A DNA stretch of 64,000 nt, taken from an uncultured delta proteobacterium. Lineage in GTDB: Bacteria > Desulfobacterota > Desulfobacteria > Desulfobacterales > QNYZ01. The stretch spans positions 4,329 to 68,328 of the forward strand of contig CAWJQU010000016.1 of NCBI GenBank assembly GCA_963845145.1. Direction: 5' to 3'. Below the pieces are notes generated by a model. The model was not told the origin of the DNA. It ran no database searches and saw nothing but the letters and a program-made list of their open reading frames with translations. Made by a program: the position numbers and the translations under genes. Shown in pieces: positions 53,875 through 64,000 of this stretch. Numbering within the stretch: position 1 is the first letter of the stretch; each line of letters opens with the position of its first letter.

Positions 53875-55722
53875 TTGCATTCCTCATTTCCCGTTCTAAG
53901 GAAAAGTCTTTTGCCATTGGTGAATTATATTCCCGATGAAAAAGTAATCGAGATCCGGAACCGTGCCGATATTGTTGAAATCGTATCGGATTCGGTTCGA
54001 CTTAAAAGAACGGGAAAAAATTACCTTGGGCTATGCCCGTTTCATACCGAAAAGACCCCTTCATTTACCGTTAGTCCCGACAAACAGATATTTCATTGTT
54101 TTGGGTGTGGTGAGGGTGGTGACGCTTTCAGTTTCTTAATGAAACAGATGGGGTTATCGTTCCCGGAGGCAATGCGCCTGATTGCCCGGAGATACGGTAT
54201 TGAGATTCCGCAGCGCGCAATGACGCCGGAACAGCAAAAAAATATAGACCGCAGGCAACGTCTACTGGCGGCCAATCAGAAAGCCAAGGAATATTATCAA
54301 CAGACATTAAAGAATACTGCTGCCGGCCAACAAGCCCAGACGTATCTTAAAAAACGGGGTGTCACGTCTGAAACGATTGACAATTTTGCCCTTGGTTTAG
54401 CACCGGACGGATGGCAGGGGGTAAACGACCACTTAAAGGCGGCGGGTTTCTCTGCTGATGAGGGCCAGGCCGCTGGCCTGATCGTGTCGAACAGGCGCGA
54501 AACCGGTTATTATGATCGTTTTCGCAACCGCGTTGTTTTTCCTATTTTCGATTTGGGGGAGCGTGTTGTCGGCTTTGGTGGAAGGGTCATGGGCGATGGG
54601 GAGCCGAAATATTTAAATTCCCCGGAGTCTCCCATCTATAATAAGCGGCGGATCTTGTATGGGTTGAATCGATCCCGTCAGGCATGCCGACGTACAGGTA
54701 TCATTCACATCGTTGAAGGCTATTTCGATCTGTTGACCCTTTACCAGAATGGGATTGAAAATGTCGCCGCCACGCTCGGTACGGCGTTGACCGATGAGCA
54801 TATTCGATTGATAAAGGGGCATGCCGAGCAAACGATTCTCATCTTCGATGCCGACGAGGCTGGAGTGAAGGCGGCCTTGCGTAGCTGCAATCTGTTTTTG
54901 GCGGCTGGGATTGAGGCACGTGTGCTCGTATTGCCCGATGGGCATGATCCGGATTCGTTTGTTCGCCAATCCGGGGCGGCCGCGTTTGAAAAAGCCACAA
55001 AAAATGCACCGGGCATCATCGGATTTATAATCGATTCGGCGATTAACCGAATCGGTCTATCCGTTGAAGGTCGAATTCGTATCATTTCCGAACTGCAACC
55101 GGTTTTGACGACCATTGTCGATCCGGTGGCGCGGTCACTATATATCCGTGAACTGGCCGACCGTATCGGTGTGGAGGAAAAGGCGATACGGGAAAAGATG
55201 CGTCAGACGGCTCCGGGAAATAGGCATCCCGACATGCTTTCAAAAGGCAACCCTGTTTCGAAAAAGAGAAACGATGCTTTCACCGGGCCTGCTTTCAAGC
55301 TGGAGCGTTTGATCGTGGCCATGCTGCTTCAATATCCGAAGATGATTCCACAAATCGAAGAAAGTGGGATTGTGGCGCAATTCACGGATCCACGGCTGCA
55401 GACGATTGGGCGTCAAATTATTGAAAATAAAGAAATAGCTGAAACGGGTATCCCCGAATTAATTGAAATGACTAAAGATCCGGATCTCAAACGGATTATT
55501 ACATCGTTGGCCATGGGCGATGGTGATAAATGGTCCGAAAAAGATTGTTTGCGAACGATCAACCAATATAAAAAAAGGATCAGTGACGGCGGGCGGCATC
55601 AATTAATGGCAAAAATCAAAATCGCCGAGGCTGCCGGAGACCATGAAACCGTTGCCCGGCTTTCGCGGCAATTGCTTTTGGATATAAAAGATAACACTCG
55701 CAAATCGGCGAGTATGGAATAA
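53875..55722 (+). CDS. dnaG: DNA primase
   Basis: Zinc finger 'CPFHTEKTPSFTVSPDKQIFHCFGCGEGGDAFSFLM' and TOPRIM 'IVEGYFDLL..IFDADEAG'. The start is uncertain (TTG 53875 or GTG 53920 'VNYIPDEK'). Confidence 0.93.
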   Translation: MHSSFPVLRKSLLPLVNYIPDEKVIEIRNRADIVEIVSDSVRLKRTGKNYLGLCPFHTEKTPSFTVSPDKQIFHCFGCGEGGDAFSFLMKQMGLSFPEAMRLIARRYGIEIPQRAMTPEQQKNIDRRQRLLAANQKAKEYYQQTLKNTAAGQQAQTYLKKRGVTSETIDNFALGLAPDGWQGVNDHLKAAGFSADEGQAAGLIVSNRRETGYYDRFRNRVVFPIFDLGERVVGFGGRVMGDGEPKYLNSPESPIYNKRRILYGLNRSRQACRRTGIIHIVEGYFDLLTLYQNGIENVAATLGTALTDEHIRLIKGHAEQTILIFDADEAGVKAALRSCNLFLAAGIEARVLVLPDGHDPDSFVRQSGAAAFEKATKNAPGIIGFIIDSAINRIGLSVEGRIRIISELQPVLTTIVDPVARSLYIRELADRIGVEEKAIREKMRQTAPGNRHPDMLSKGNPVSKKRNDAFTGPAFKLERLIVAMLLQYPKMIPQIEESGIVAQFTDPRLQTIGRQIIENKEIAETGIPELIEMTKDPDLKRIITSLAMGDGDKWSEKDCLRTINQYKKRISDGGRHQLMAKIKIAEAAGDHETVARLSRQLLLDIKDNTRKSASME

Positions 55723-55760
55723 TTAGACTCTTATTTCGGTGATGTAGGAGGCAGGTTCAT

Positions 55761-57548
55761 ATGGCAAAAGCGTCAACCCCCAAAAAAAATGTCGGTTCTA
55801 AAGGCAAGCCTGCGGTCAAGGAGAGCGCTGCAGTATTGGAAAAAACGATCAAAGCTCTCCTAACGAAAGGTAAAAAGAAAAAAAAGATCGCGGTAGATGA
55901 TATTGCCGCCAAACTACCTCAGAAAGAATATACATCTGAACAACTGGATGAAATCATTCTGCGGTTGAATGAGGCGGGTATTCAGATTGTCGATCCTCAA
56001 AAAGCGCTGGTAAAAAAAGCGGATACCAAAAAGCCGGTAAAAGCCAAAACAAGCGTAACGCCTGATTACGGGCGTGTTAATGATCCGGTAAAGCTGTACC
56101 TGCGCGAAATGGGCATGGTGACCCTGTTAAGCCGCGAAGGTGAAGTCGAAATTGCCAAAAAAATCGAAAACGGCGAGCGGGAGGTTTTAAAAGCCTTAAT
56201 CGATACCCAGACCGGGGTGGAGGCGATCCTCGATTTGAGTGATAAAATGGAAAACGGCCTCGTTCGGCCTAGATATATTTTAAAAGACCTGGAAGAGGGC
56301 GATAATTATGTCGAGGAAGCCGTTCAAATTGATAAATTTCTCGTTGTTGCCCGATCCATACGTGAGATTCACGATGAAAACAAAGCGTTAAGAGAATCAT
56401 TATTTAACGAAAAAATGTCTTCCCAGGAACAACGTCGGGTCAGACGTTCCATTAATCGTCGGAACCGTAAAATTTTTAATTTTTTAAAAACCTGGCGTTT
56501 TGAGGGTGCCATCGTCCACAAGATTGAAAAGCTTATTCGGCGTCAGGGCCAATGGTTTGATCATATGAACGATCTGTTTGCCTTAAGCGCCCGATCCTGT
56601 GCGGTATCTCCGACCAAACTGCGGGAGAAGCTCAATAACAAGAAGGGGTTTGTGAAATGGCTGACTGCAGGAAGCGATTTAAATAAAAGTGACATCGAGG
56701 GGCTTTGGTCCGAGCTGTCCACCTTTGACGACGAGGTGTTGAAAAAGGAAAATGCGATTAAGGTGAGGTATCGGAACATGCATCGCGTCATGACCAATAT
56801 CGATAGCGGTCATATACGCGCCAAAAAGGCGAAAAGTGAGCTGACGCGGGCCAACCTCCGTCTCGTGGTCAGCATCGCCAAAAAATACACAAACCGTGGG
56901 TTGCAGTTTCTCGATTTGATTCAGGAAGGAAATATCGGGCTGATGAAGGCCGTGGATAAGTTTGAATACCGACGGGGTTACAAGTTCAGCACCTATGCCA
57001 CTTGGTGGATTCGGCAGGCAATTACCCGGGCCATTGCCGACCAGGCCCGAACCATTCGCATACCGGTCCATATGATTGAAACCATCAACAAGCTGATTCG
57101 AACCTCCCGCTATTTGGTTCAGGAACTGGGCCGTGAACCCGACCCGGAAGAGATCGCCGAGAAAATGGAAATACCACTGAACAAAGTTCGTAAAGTGCTC
57201 AAGATTGCCCGAGAGCCAATTTCCCTGGAAACACCCATTGGTGAAGAGGAAGACAGCCATCTGGGCGATTTCATTGAGGATAAAAAATTTATGCTGCCTT
57301 CCGATGCGTCGGTCAATTTGAACCTGGCCGAACAGACGCGAAAAGTTTTGGCAACATTGACCCCCAGGGAAGAAAAAGTGTTGCGCATGCGCTTCGGCAT
57401 AGGAGAAAAATCAGATCACACATTGGAGGAGGTAGGGCAGGATTTTTCCGTGACGCGGGAGCGGATTCGCCAAATTGAAGCCAAGGCCTTGCGTAAATTG
57501 CGTCATCCCACGCGAAGTCGAAAATTAAAAAATTTTATTGATAATTGA
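55761..57548 (+). CDS. rpoD: RNA polymerase primary sigma factor (sigma70)
   Basis: '[11 protein letters not shown]', '[75 protein letters not shown]', '[30 protein letters not shown]'. Confidence 0.97.
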   Translation: MAKASTPKKNVGSKGKPAVKESAAVLEKTIKALLTKGKKKKKIAVDDIAAKLPQKEYTSEQLDEIILRLNEAGIQIVDPQKALVKKADTKKPVKAKTSVTPDYGRVNDPVKLYLREMGMVTLLSREGEVEIAKKIENGEREVLKALIDTQTGVEAILDLSDKMENGLVRPRYILKDLEEGDNYVEEAVQIDKFLVVARSIREIHDENKALRESLFNEKMSSQEQRRVRRSINRRNRKIFNFLKTWRFEGAIVHKIEKLIRRQGQWFDHMNDLFALSARSCAVSPTKLREKLNNKKGFVKWLTAGSDLNKSDIEGLWSELSTFDDEVLKKENAIKVRYRNMHRVMTNIDSGHIRAKKAKSELTRANLRLVVSIAKKYTNRGLQFLDLIQEGNIGLMKAVDKFEYRRGYKFSTYATWWIRQAITRAIADQARTIRIPVHMIETINKLIRTSRYLVQELGREPDPEEIAEKMEIPLNKVRKVLKIAREPISLETPIGEEEDSHLGDFIEDKKFMLPSDASVNLNLAEQTRKVLATLTPREEKVLRMRFGIGEKSDHTLEEVGQDFSVTRERIRQIEAKALRKLRHPTRSRKLKNFIDN

Positions 57549-57605
57549 AGGGTCAGTTCTTGACAAATCATCGAGCCGTGAGTACGTACCAGCGGCGAGG
57601 TATTA

Positions 57606-57678
57606 GGGCCCATAGCTCAGCTGGCAGAGCCACCGGCTCATAACCGGTCGGTCCCTGGTTCGAATCCAGGTGGGCCCA
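57606..57678 (+). tRNA. tRNA with CAT anticodon (elongator tRNA-Met; lysidine-modified tRNA-Ile2 not excluded)
   Basis: The cloverleaf folds by hand as GGGCCCA/TA/GCTC-AGCTGGCA-GAGC/C/ACCGG-CTCATAA-CCGGT/CGGTC/CCTGG-TTCGAAT-CCAGG/TGGGCCC/A. The 1:72 pair is G:C, so it is not an initiator. CCA is not encoded. Confidence 0.9.
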
Positions 57679-57744
57679 CTTTTCACATGAACCTTTGGTT
57701 GTCTGTACACAACCCCTAAACCGCACCTATATTTATAGAAAACT

Positions 57745-58584
57745 ATGGACTTGAAGGTCACAGATGTCATTCGAATCATGGAATCCATCGCACCGTCATC
57801 TTTGGCCGAAGAGTGGGACAATGTCGGCTTACAAGTGGGGCGGGGCGACTGGCCGGTTCGAAGTATATGGGTCGCTTTAGATCCAACGCCCGACGTCATG
57901 GAGGCGGCCTGTAACGCGGGAGCGGATCTTCTAATCACCCACCACCCATTGATTTTTAAAGCACTTGATCGAATTGACTTTGATACGCCTACCGGAAAGG
58001 TTATTCGGCGCGCAGCATCGAACAAGACGGCTATATTTGCGGCACACACCAATTTAGACAGTGTCCATGGGGGCTTAAACGATCTGCTTGCCCGAAAACT
58101 CGGGCTGAAAAAATGCATGTCACTATCGCCACTTTCTCACGGACTTGAGCTTCAGGATAAATCCGTCCTATCGAATGATTCGCCCACCGGCCTGGGTCGA
58201 ATCGGGATGCTTCCAAAAGAAACCGTTTTGGCCCGGCTGGTATCCGATATTAAAAAAAAACTTGGCCTGGCATCGATTCGGTTGGTGGGGGATCGCGATC
58301 TACCGGTTCGAAAGGTGGCCATCTGCACAGGTAGCGGCGGCAGCCTTATCCCGGCCTTTTTAGCCTCTGACGCCCAGGTGTTTGTCAGCGGGGATTTGTC
58401 CTATCATAACGGACGGGTGGTGGAATCAATGGGGCGGGCGATGATCGACATCGGTCATTTTGCTTCCGAACATCTGATGGTGGAAGATTTAACCCGTCGA
58501 CTGAAAGACACGCTAAAACAGATGGGTGAAAAGGCAATCGTAACCGGATGCCCTATTGAACAAGATCCTTTTTCGATCATTTGA
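57745..58584 (+). CDS. NIF3-family dinuclear metal-centre protein (YbgI-like)
   Basis: 'IMESIAPSSLAEEWDNVGLQVG..LITHHPLIF..AIFAAHTNLD..SGDLSYH'. Confidence 0.88.
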   Translation: MDLKVTDVIRIMESIAPSSLAEEWDNVGLQVGRGDWPVRSIWVALDPTPDVMEAACNAGADLLITHHPLIFKALDRIDFDTPTGKVIRRAASNKTAIFAAHTNLDSVHGGLNDLLARKLGLKKCMSLSPLSHGLELQDKSVLSNDSPTGLGRIGMLPKETVLARLVSDIKKKLGLASIRLVGDRDLPVRKVAICTGSGGSLIPAFLASDAQVFVSGDLSYHNGRVVESMGRAMIDIGHFASEHLMVEDLTRRLKDTLKQMGEKAIVTGCPIEQDPFSII

Positions 58585-58691
58585 AAAGTGTTTGATTATT
58601 TAATGGATTTGCTCGTAAAGAAGAGGAAAACCCCCATATGGGGTTTATCGAAATTTGAACCGGCCGTGATCATTCGCACCTGAAGGAGACC

Positions 58692-59424
58692 ATGTCGATA
58701 AAATTACAGATTCAACGCCTGGCGGAATTGCAAACCGTGGAGAATGACATTAGTGGAATTATCCACTTGCTGACCAAGATCCCGGAAGAGTTGGAAACAT
58801 TGGACAGTCAACTATTAGAATTTAAATTAAAAATAGAACGGGTAGAAAATAAAAGCGTCACCCTAGAAAAGCAATATCGGGACTGGGAAGGGGATAGCCA
58901 AGGCCTCTCGTCCAAGATTGAAAAGGAAAATAACAAACTCAATTCCGTAAAAAATAACAAGGAATATCAGGCGTTGCTGGCGGGAATTGAGCATTTGAAA
59001 ACCGAGAGATCCGTCATTGAGGATAAAATGATCGAATCGTTGGAAATGATGGATGAAGCCAAAGCGGATCTCTCCGCGCAAAAAGGTGGAATTTAAACAG
59101 TTCGAAGCACAGCTGAACAGGCAGCGGGAAGTCATCCGTCAACAATCTGAAAAAAAAGGGCGGGAACGTGAAAAGTTAGAGAATGTCAAGGCGAATCTCG
59201 TCGGTGAAATTGAGCCCGCTGTGATAGAACGATACCAGCACGTTAAAACCCTTAAAGGACAAGGCCTGGCCATAGCCGCCGTCCAGGACGAAGTTTGCAA
59301 GGGTTGCAATATGAATATTCCCCCCCAATTGTATAATGACTTGCAACGCTATGAAAGCCTTCTGGTGTGCCCCAATTGCCAGCGGATTATCTACCATGAT
59401 CCACCGGCCGATTCCGATGGCTGA
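58692..59424 (+). CDS. Coiled-coil protein with C4 zinc-ribbon (DUF164/zf-RING_7 family), interrupted by an apparent frameshift
   Basis: ORFs 58692..59096 and 59053..59424. The C-terminus reads 'CKGCNMNIPPQLYNDL..LLVCPNCQRI'. Removing one A from the A5 run (59080-59084) gives a continuous '..ADLSAQKVEFKQFEAQLNRQ..'. This is the typical partner gene of NIF3. Confidence 0.8.
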
Positions 59425-59546
59425 TCCATTCTCAGCTTGAGGCTCATTGTTAAATCTTCCAGGCCATATCCGATGGATAAACAACGATTGGGATTCCGGC
59501 TGTGGCTTGAATCCCAATGTATTTAGCGTTATATTCGGCCGACGGT

Positions 59547-59938
<392 letters not shown>

Positions 59939-60052
59939 CCGTGAGTACCGTAAAAGAGGTCTTTTAGGGTGAGCCTGATGCCAAAACTTAAAAAATATGT
60001 CCATCGGGGAAGGAATCACCGTTGTCGTTCTGAAGGGAGCGTTCTTTAATGG

Positions 60053-61370
60053 ATGTCATCGAACCCGGGCAAGAGGCTTGTGAAACATTCATTTAAGGCC
60101 AAAGTACGGGTATTGTCCTGCGATTTTTTGCGATGCTGTCGCTACGTTTCGCAGCTGCGCAATGATCGCGATTATTTTACCAAGAAGCTCTATTCCCGAC
60201 TGATCAGTACCTCTCAGGTTTTAGAAGATTTTCTCGATTTCCATGGGGCGAAAAATAGCACCGTCTGGTTTTTTTACCGGGAGCTATCGTCAGCCGTTCG
60301 ACATCTGAGCTTAGGCGGTTACTCTCAGAAGCATATCTGTAATCGCCTGGGATTTTATACTCTACCCGATGTCGAATTATTTGAAAAAAATGGATTCAAA
60401 ACCATCGATTTTATCAATGGGTGCCTCATTCGCCTTGCTCCGGTGGCCATTAAGAAGCCCGCCGTTTAAACATCGACATGCCTAAACACTCCTTTTCATC
60501 GGCTGATTTTCCGGGAATCACCACAGGTGAGATGTTAGCCTTTGACATTAATGATGAAGCCCGGGATGAACAAAGGCGTCATGTCGTAATCATTGCCAAC
60601 GAATTTTTAAAAATTGCGGAACAATTTGATAAACTGGAATTTTATAATCCCTATACACCGGCGCAGATCCGTGAGATCGTTCCAAACAAAATTAACGAAG
60701 TTGAAATTCGACGTTTTGAAATGCTGGTTCACAACCTGCAATCCTCATTTGATACCTATGTGATCTACGGCGGGTTGCGCTTTGCGGAGGTTAAATTAAA
60801 ACAGCTCCGCAGTTTTTTTTCTGTCGGGTTTCATCTTCCTTCAGATGGTGGGACGATTGCTGCATTTATATGAGCGCCATCTTCATGATGCCGGATATAA
60901 AAACATCTATAAAGATGTCCAGGACCGCTTGAGTGACATTATTGATCCAATGGACCTTGCTGGATCACAGCATCAACTACGGCATCTACTTTGTTTGTCA
61001 TTATATGAACAAAGGACGGAATCTCTCTCTGGATATTTTAAAAGAGAATATGGCCCGATCTCAAATTCGCGTTGGGATACCGGTTAAACTTGGGTTTCAT
61101 TCCCGTCCCAGTCTTTTGGTGGCCAAAATCGTGCAGCACTACGGCGGGCAGGTGGAATTACTGGTTAAAGAAGATCGCTTCGATGCCGGCAGTGTCCTTG
61201 ATATTCAATGGGCCGGTGGAAAAATCAACAAGGAAAACATCTCCGAAGTGGTATTCGAGGGTGATTCCCGCGCCCTGCGGGATATAGAGATTTTGGCCAA
61301 TGTCAATTACGGCGAAGATACCATGGGGAAGGGGGTCCCTTTGCCCAAAGAACTCGAATACTTGAGATAG
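60053..61370 (+). CDS. Uncharacterised ~350-aa domain fused to a C-terminal HPr (PTS phosphocarrier) domain; read as four ORFs (three apparent frameshifts)
   Basis: C-terminus 'VKLGFHSRPSLLVAKIVQHYGG..DAGSVLDIQ' is HPr with the His15- and Ser46-equivalent residues. The ORF joins lack RBSs. A T8 run (60813-20) corrected to T7 gives 'LRSFFLSGFIFLQMVGRLLHLYERHL'. The other joins are at about 60454-66 and about 60955-63. Confidence 0.65.
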
Positions 61371-61380
61371 GTCTCTTGAC

Positions 61381-62089
61381 ATGAATACGACTGCCGTTAT
61401 CGTTGCCGCCGGAAAGGGCGTGCGCATGGGAAAAACGATCGGCAAACAGTTCCTCCCCCTGGGCGGGCGGGCGATTCTGGCCCACACCCTATCTGTTTTT
61501 GATAAATCCGCAATGATCGATCGAATGATTCTGGTCCTATCTCCCGATGAACGGGTGTATTGCAAAACCGAAGTGTTGTCCAAGATGACTTTGGACACCC
61601 CCCTCTCCCTGGTAAGCGGAGGCCCCACGCGACAGGAATCTGTCTACAATGGTTTAAACGCTATTCAAGAAAAAGATTCCATCGTGATTATCCATGATGG
61701 TGTGAGGCCCTTTGTTCGGCCCCACCATATTGTTGAAACCGTCGAAAAAGCACGGGAAACAGGCGCCTGCATCCTGGCCCTGCCTGTAACGGATACATTA
61801 AAGGCAGTGGATAGTGCCCATTGCATTCAAGCAACATTGGCACGGAGCACCGTCTGGATGGCCCAAACGCCCCAGACATTTCGTTTAGAGGTTATTCGGC
61901 GGGCACATCAGTCGGCGCGCGACACCGAATACAAGGGTACCGATGATGCCCAATTGGTTGAAAGAATGGGTCTGCCGGTGACGGTTATTTCCGGAAGTCC
62001 CTGACAATATCAAAATTACCACTCCCAATGACCTGCCTCTGGCCGAGGCGATTTTGAAGCTGCGTCAAAGTTCAGCACTGCACGATTGA
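61381..62089 (+). CDS. ispD: 2-C-methyl-D-erythritol 4-phosphate cytidylyltransferase, apparent frameshift near the 3' end
   Basis: 'AVIVAAGKGVRMG..KQFLPLGGRAILAHTL'. The ORF stops at 62004, but removing one C from CCC (61999-62001) continues it as 'ISGSPDNIKITTPNDLPLAEAIL', the conserved IspD C-terminus, ending TGA 62087-89. Confidence 0.88.
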
Positions 62090-62232
62090 GACCGTTTGTT
62101 CGGTGAAAGTCACAATCGTGAATATCGAATATCGAACAAGGAATATTGAATGTTGAAGTATGGAATCGCTTCGCGCTTTCATTTAGGAGACTTCATGGGG
62201 TTTGGTAAATAACGATGGATGGAGAGTTTGAA

Positions 62233-63207
62233 ATGAAAAGCGATATGCCCACTTTGGCCGATGTTATGGCCGCTCGACCGAATGTTTACCGTTACTTAAA
62301 GCCGACCCCTTTGTACCATTATTCAACGCTCAGCCATTTGCTGGGGGCGGATATCTGGATTAAACATGAAAACCATCAGCCGATCGGCGCGTTTAAAGTG
62401 CGTGGCGGTTTGAATCTGGCAGCCAATATGGATGCTGACACCCGCCGCTCCGGTCTGTATACGGCATCAACCGGCAATCATGGCCAGAGTATCGCTTTTG
62501 CTGCCCGAGCATACGGCATTGAGGCGACGATCGCTGTTCCCGAAGGCGCTAACCCCGGCAAGGTAGAGGCGATGAAAGGTCTTGGCGGGAAAGTCGTTTT
62601 TCACGGGCCGGACTTTGACACGGCCCGAGAATGGATTATGACCGAGGCGAAAGACGCCGGAGGCTATTTTGTAGGCCCCACGGATGCCCCGCTCATTTGC
62701 GGCGTGGGCACCTATGCCCTCGAAATCGTGGAAGACCTGCCCGATGTCGAGACCATTATCGTTCCGGTGGGGGGTGGTAGCGGCGCCTGCGGTACTGCCA
62801 TCGTAGCCAAAAGCATTAATCCCAAGATTGAAGTCATCGGCGCACAATCCGCACAGGCGCCGGCCATGCAGATGAGCTGGTCTTCAGGGGAAATGAAGAC
62901 CGCTCCCATGAAGACCTTTGCCGAAGGTGTTGCCACCCGGGTTCCCTTTGAAAACACCCAAGCGATCATGCGAAAGTACCTGGACGATTTTCTCCTCGTA
63001 GACGATGATGAGATTAAAAAAGCCGTTGTTATGTTGCTTCATCACACGCATAACCTGGCCGAGGGTGCCGGCGCTATACCGCTGGCGGCCGCTTGGCGTT
63101 ATCGTGAAAGACTGGCTGGTAAAAAAGTGGTCCTGGTTTTAAGCGGCGGCAATATGGCCCTTGATCAACTACAACAGATCTTGTCTACTTCGACGCTTAA
63201 AATGTGA
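62233..63207 (+). CDS. PLP-dependent threonine/serine dehydratase-like enzyme (fold-type II)
   Basis: 'TPLYHYSTLSHLLGADIWIKHENHQPIGAFKVRGGLN' (PLP Lys in FKVRG) and 'VPVGGGSGACG'. I prefer ATG 62233 (GGAGAG 6 nt upstream) to 62215. Confidence 0.85.
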   Translation: MKSDMPTLADVMAARPNVYRYLKPTPLYHYSTLSHLLGADIWIKHENHQPIGAFKVRGGLNLAANMDADTRRSGLYTASTGNHGQSIAFAARAYGIEATIAVPEGANPGKVEAMKGLGGKVVFHGPDFDTAREWIMTEAKDAGGYFVGPTDAPLICGVGTYALEIVEDLPDVETIIVPVGGGSGACGTAIVAKSINPKIEVIGAQSAQAPAMQMSWSSGEMKTAPMKTFAEGVATRVPFENTQAIMRKYLDDFLLVDDDEIKKAVVMLLHHTHNLAEGAGAIPLAAAWRYRERLAGKKVVLVLSGGNMALDQLQQILSTSTLKM

Positions 63208-63228
63208 AATTATTTTTGCGCGAGCCCT
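63194..63228. repeat. Dispersed 35-nt repeat, copy 2 (partner at 42101..42135); supplies the last codons and stop of the dehydratase gene
   Basis: See copy 1. The TGA stop (63205-07) lies inside the identical 26-nt core. Confidence 0.85.
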
Positions 63229-63247
63229 CAGACATAATGGAAATAAA

Positions 63248-63509
63248 ATGAGTAACGATTATATTGAAGCGATCCTGATCTGGTCGGAAAAAGGGCCCTC
63301 GCCTGATGTTGATATTTGGTTCACGCAACGGGGTTTAAAAGTCGCGCCCATGCGTCAAGGGCTGCTAATCAGCGGTGGCAGTATCCCGATTTAAAGAAGT
63401 GTTTCAAGTTAAACAACTTCTACCTGAAAGGCCGTTGACGTTATCGGTACCAGCTGAATTATCGGATTATGTGATGGATATATCCATTCCGAAGCCGCGA
63501 CGGTTTTAA
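63248..63509 (+). CDS. Small hypothetical protein, apparent frameshift at a CCC run
   Basis: 'MSNDYIEAILIWSEKGPSPDVDIWFTQRGLKVAPMRQGLLISGGSI'. Removing one C (63385-87) continues it as 'RFKEVFQVKQLLPERPLTLSVPAELSDYVMDISIPKPRRF*'. It resembles the N-terminus of the next ORF. Confidence 0.45.
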
Positions 63510-63547
63510 GTTCCTCAAACCTTTTTCAGCAAAGGGAGGTGTCATCC

Positions 63548-64000
63548 ATGAGCCCGAGAATACCGTATCAAATAGAGACCGACCAAATACTCCCTGAGGT
63601 GCTCCAAGGGTATGTTTCGGTTAACTCCAGGGGTAAAAAAAATATTTTTGCCAGAAGGTCCTACCCTAAATCGGCCAAGGCCTATCAGGCCACACTTACG
63701 GATTTAAAACAAAGCCAACAAGCACTTGAGTCCATTGGATTCCATATTGTGGCCGAAAGCAGGCTGGGATTTGCTATTGCGGGGCCGCCCCGGGCGTTTG
63801 AAGAACTTTGCGGGGGGCAAGTGGTGACGGTCGATCGTCTCATGCATGCCGAAGGGGGTCGTGAACGGTACGTCACGCACCTCGATATTGTGGGAAATAA
63901 ACAGCCACCGATGCTTGGTCATGGTAGAGCGAAATCCTCGAAAATGAAAATTGAAGGCGTTTTAATCGAGCGCCCAAGATTTCTTCAATCGGTTTTCCCA
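63548..64000 (+). CDS. Hypothetical protein, 5' part (open to window end)
   Basis: AAGGGAGGTG RBS then ATG 63548. 151 codons run without a stop to the window edge. It is missing from the ORF track because no stop is present. 'GFHIVAESRLGFAIAGPPRAFEELCGG'. Confidence 0.6.
   Translation, partial: MSPRIPYQIETDQILPEVLQGYVSVNSRGKKNIFARRSYPKSAKAYQATLTDLKQSQQALESIGFHIVAESRLGFAIAGPPRAFEELCGGQVVTVDRLMHAEGGRERYVTHLDIVGNKQPPMLGHGRAKSSKMKIEGVLIERPRFLQSVFP

Noticed and set aside
57603-58118. 171-aa minus-strand ORF
   Set aside because: It overlaps the tRNA(CAT) gene and runs antisense to the well-supported NIF3-family gene.
62100-62213. Direct repeats 'GAATATCGAATATCGAA..GAATATTGAATGTTGAA' and a 5-codon mini-ORF (MGFGK*, strong AGGAG RBS) as an attenuator or leader peptide for the dehydratase gene
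   Set aside because: The mini-ORF has no Thr, Ile or Ser regulatory codons. No terminator/antiterminator pairing is evident. The repeats are short and AT-rich. It may be a regulator binding site, but the sequence alone does not support that.

Overview
Gene content suggests a deltaproteobacterium-like chromosome, but I could not verify the taxon. The window has four parts.

(1) 0.3-16 kb is an envelope and phospho-signalling neighbourhood. It holds four proteins sharing a CsgG/LpoB-like module, two paralogous lipoproteins, a Hanks Ser/Thr kinase with a PEGA domain, an S1 protease, a dual-FHA membrane protein and an FHA-TM-lytic transglycosylase fusion. Mobile-element scars sit at 1.2-3.5 kb: an integrase remnant, a tRNA 3' fragment and an IS1595 remnant.

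(2) 16-24.6 kb is a compositionally mosaic accessory stretch. It contains a Cys-cluster protein, a GC-rich membrane protein, two SAM methyltransferases, an AT-rich orphan DUF2235/Tle1-like hydrolase and a dead metzincin gene.

(3) 24.6-52.0 kb, minus strand, is a complete type VI secretion system with all 13 core genes plus tagF and tagJ. Two unrecognised genes head the tssJ operon. One carries four evenly spaced ETIIV motifs. Downstream of vgrG lies a cargo module: a free beta-helix protein, a small acidic protein, two tandem DUF2169 proteins and a glycine-zipper candidate effector with no visible immunity gene.

(4) 52-64 kb is housekeeping: hisB, hisA, dnaG, rpoD, tRNA(CAT), a NIF3-like gene, a zinc-ribbon gene, RNase P RNA, an HPr-domain gene, ispD and a threonine dehydratase-like gene.

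The main caveat is sequence quality. At least ten apparent 1-nt frameshifts occur. Most sit at or can be placed in short homopolymer runs, and they occur in T6SS genes (tssA, tssM twice) and in housekeeping genes (ispD, zinc-ribbon gene, HPr-domain gene three times, a small gene). Sequencing or assembly error is therefore the most economical explanation.

The most interesting hypothesis is a non-canonical threonine-phosphorylation circuit for this T6SS. It would link the kinase, the FHA proteins, the ETIIV-repeat protein and the FHA-gated lytic transglycosylase. All family assignments come from motif recognition by eye, not from searches.
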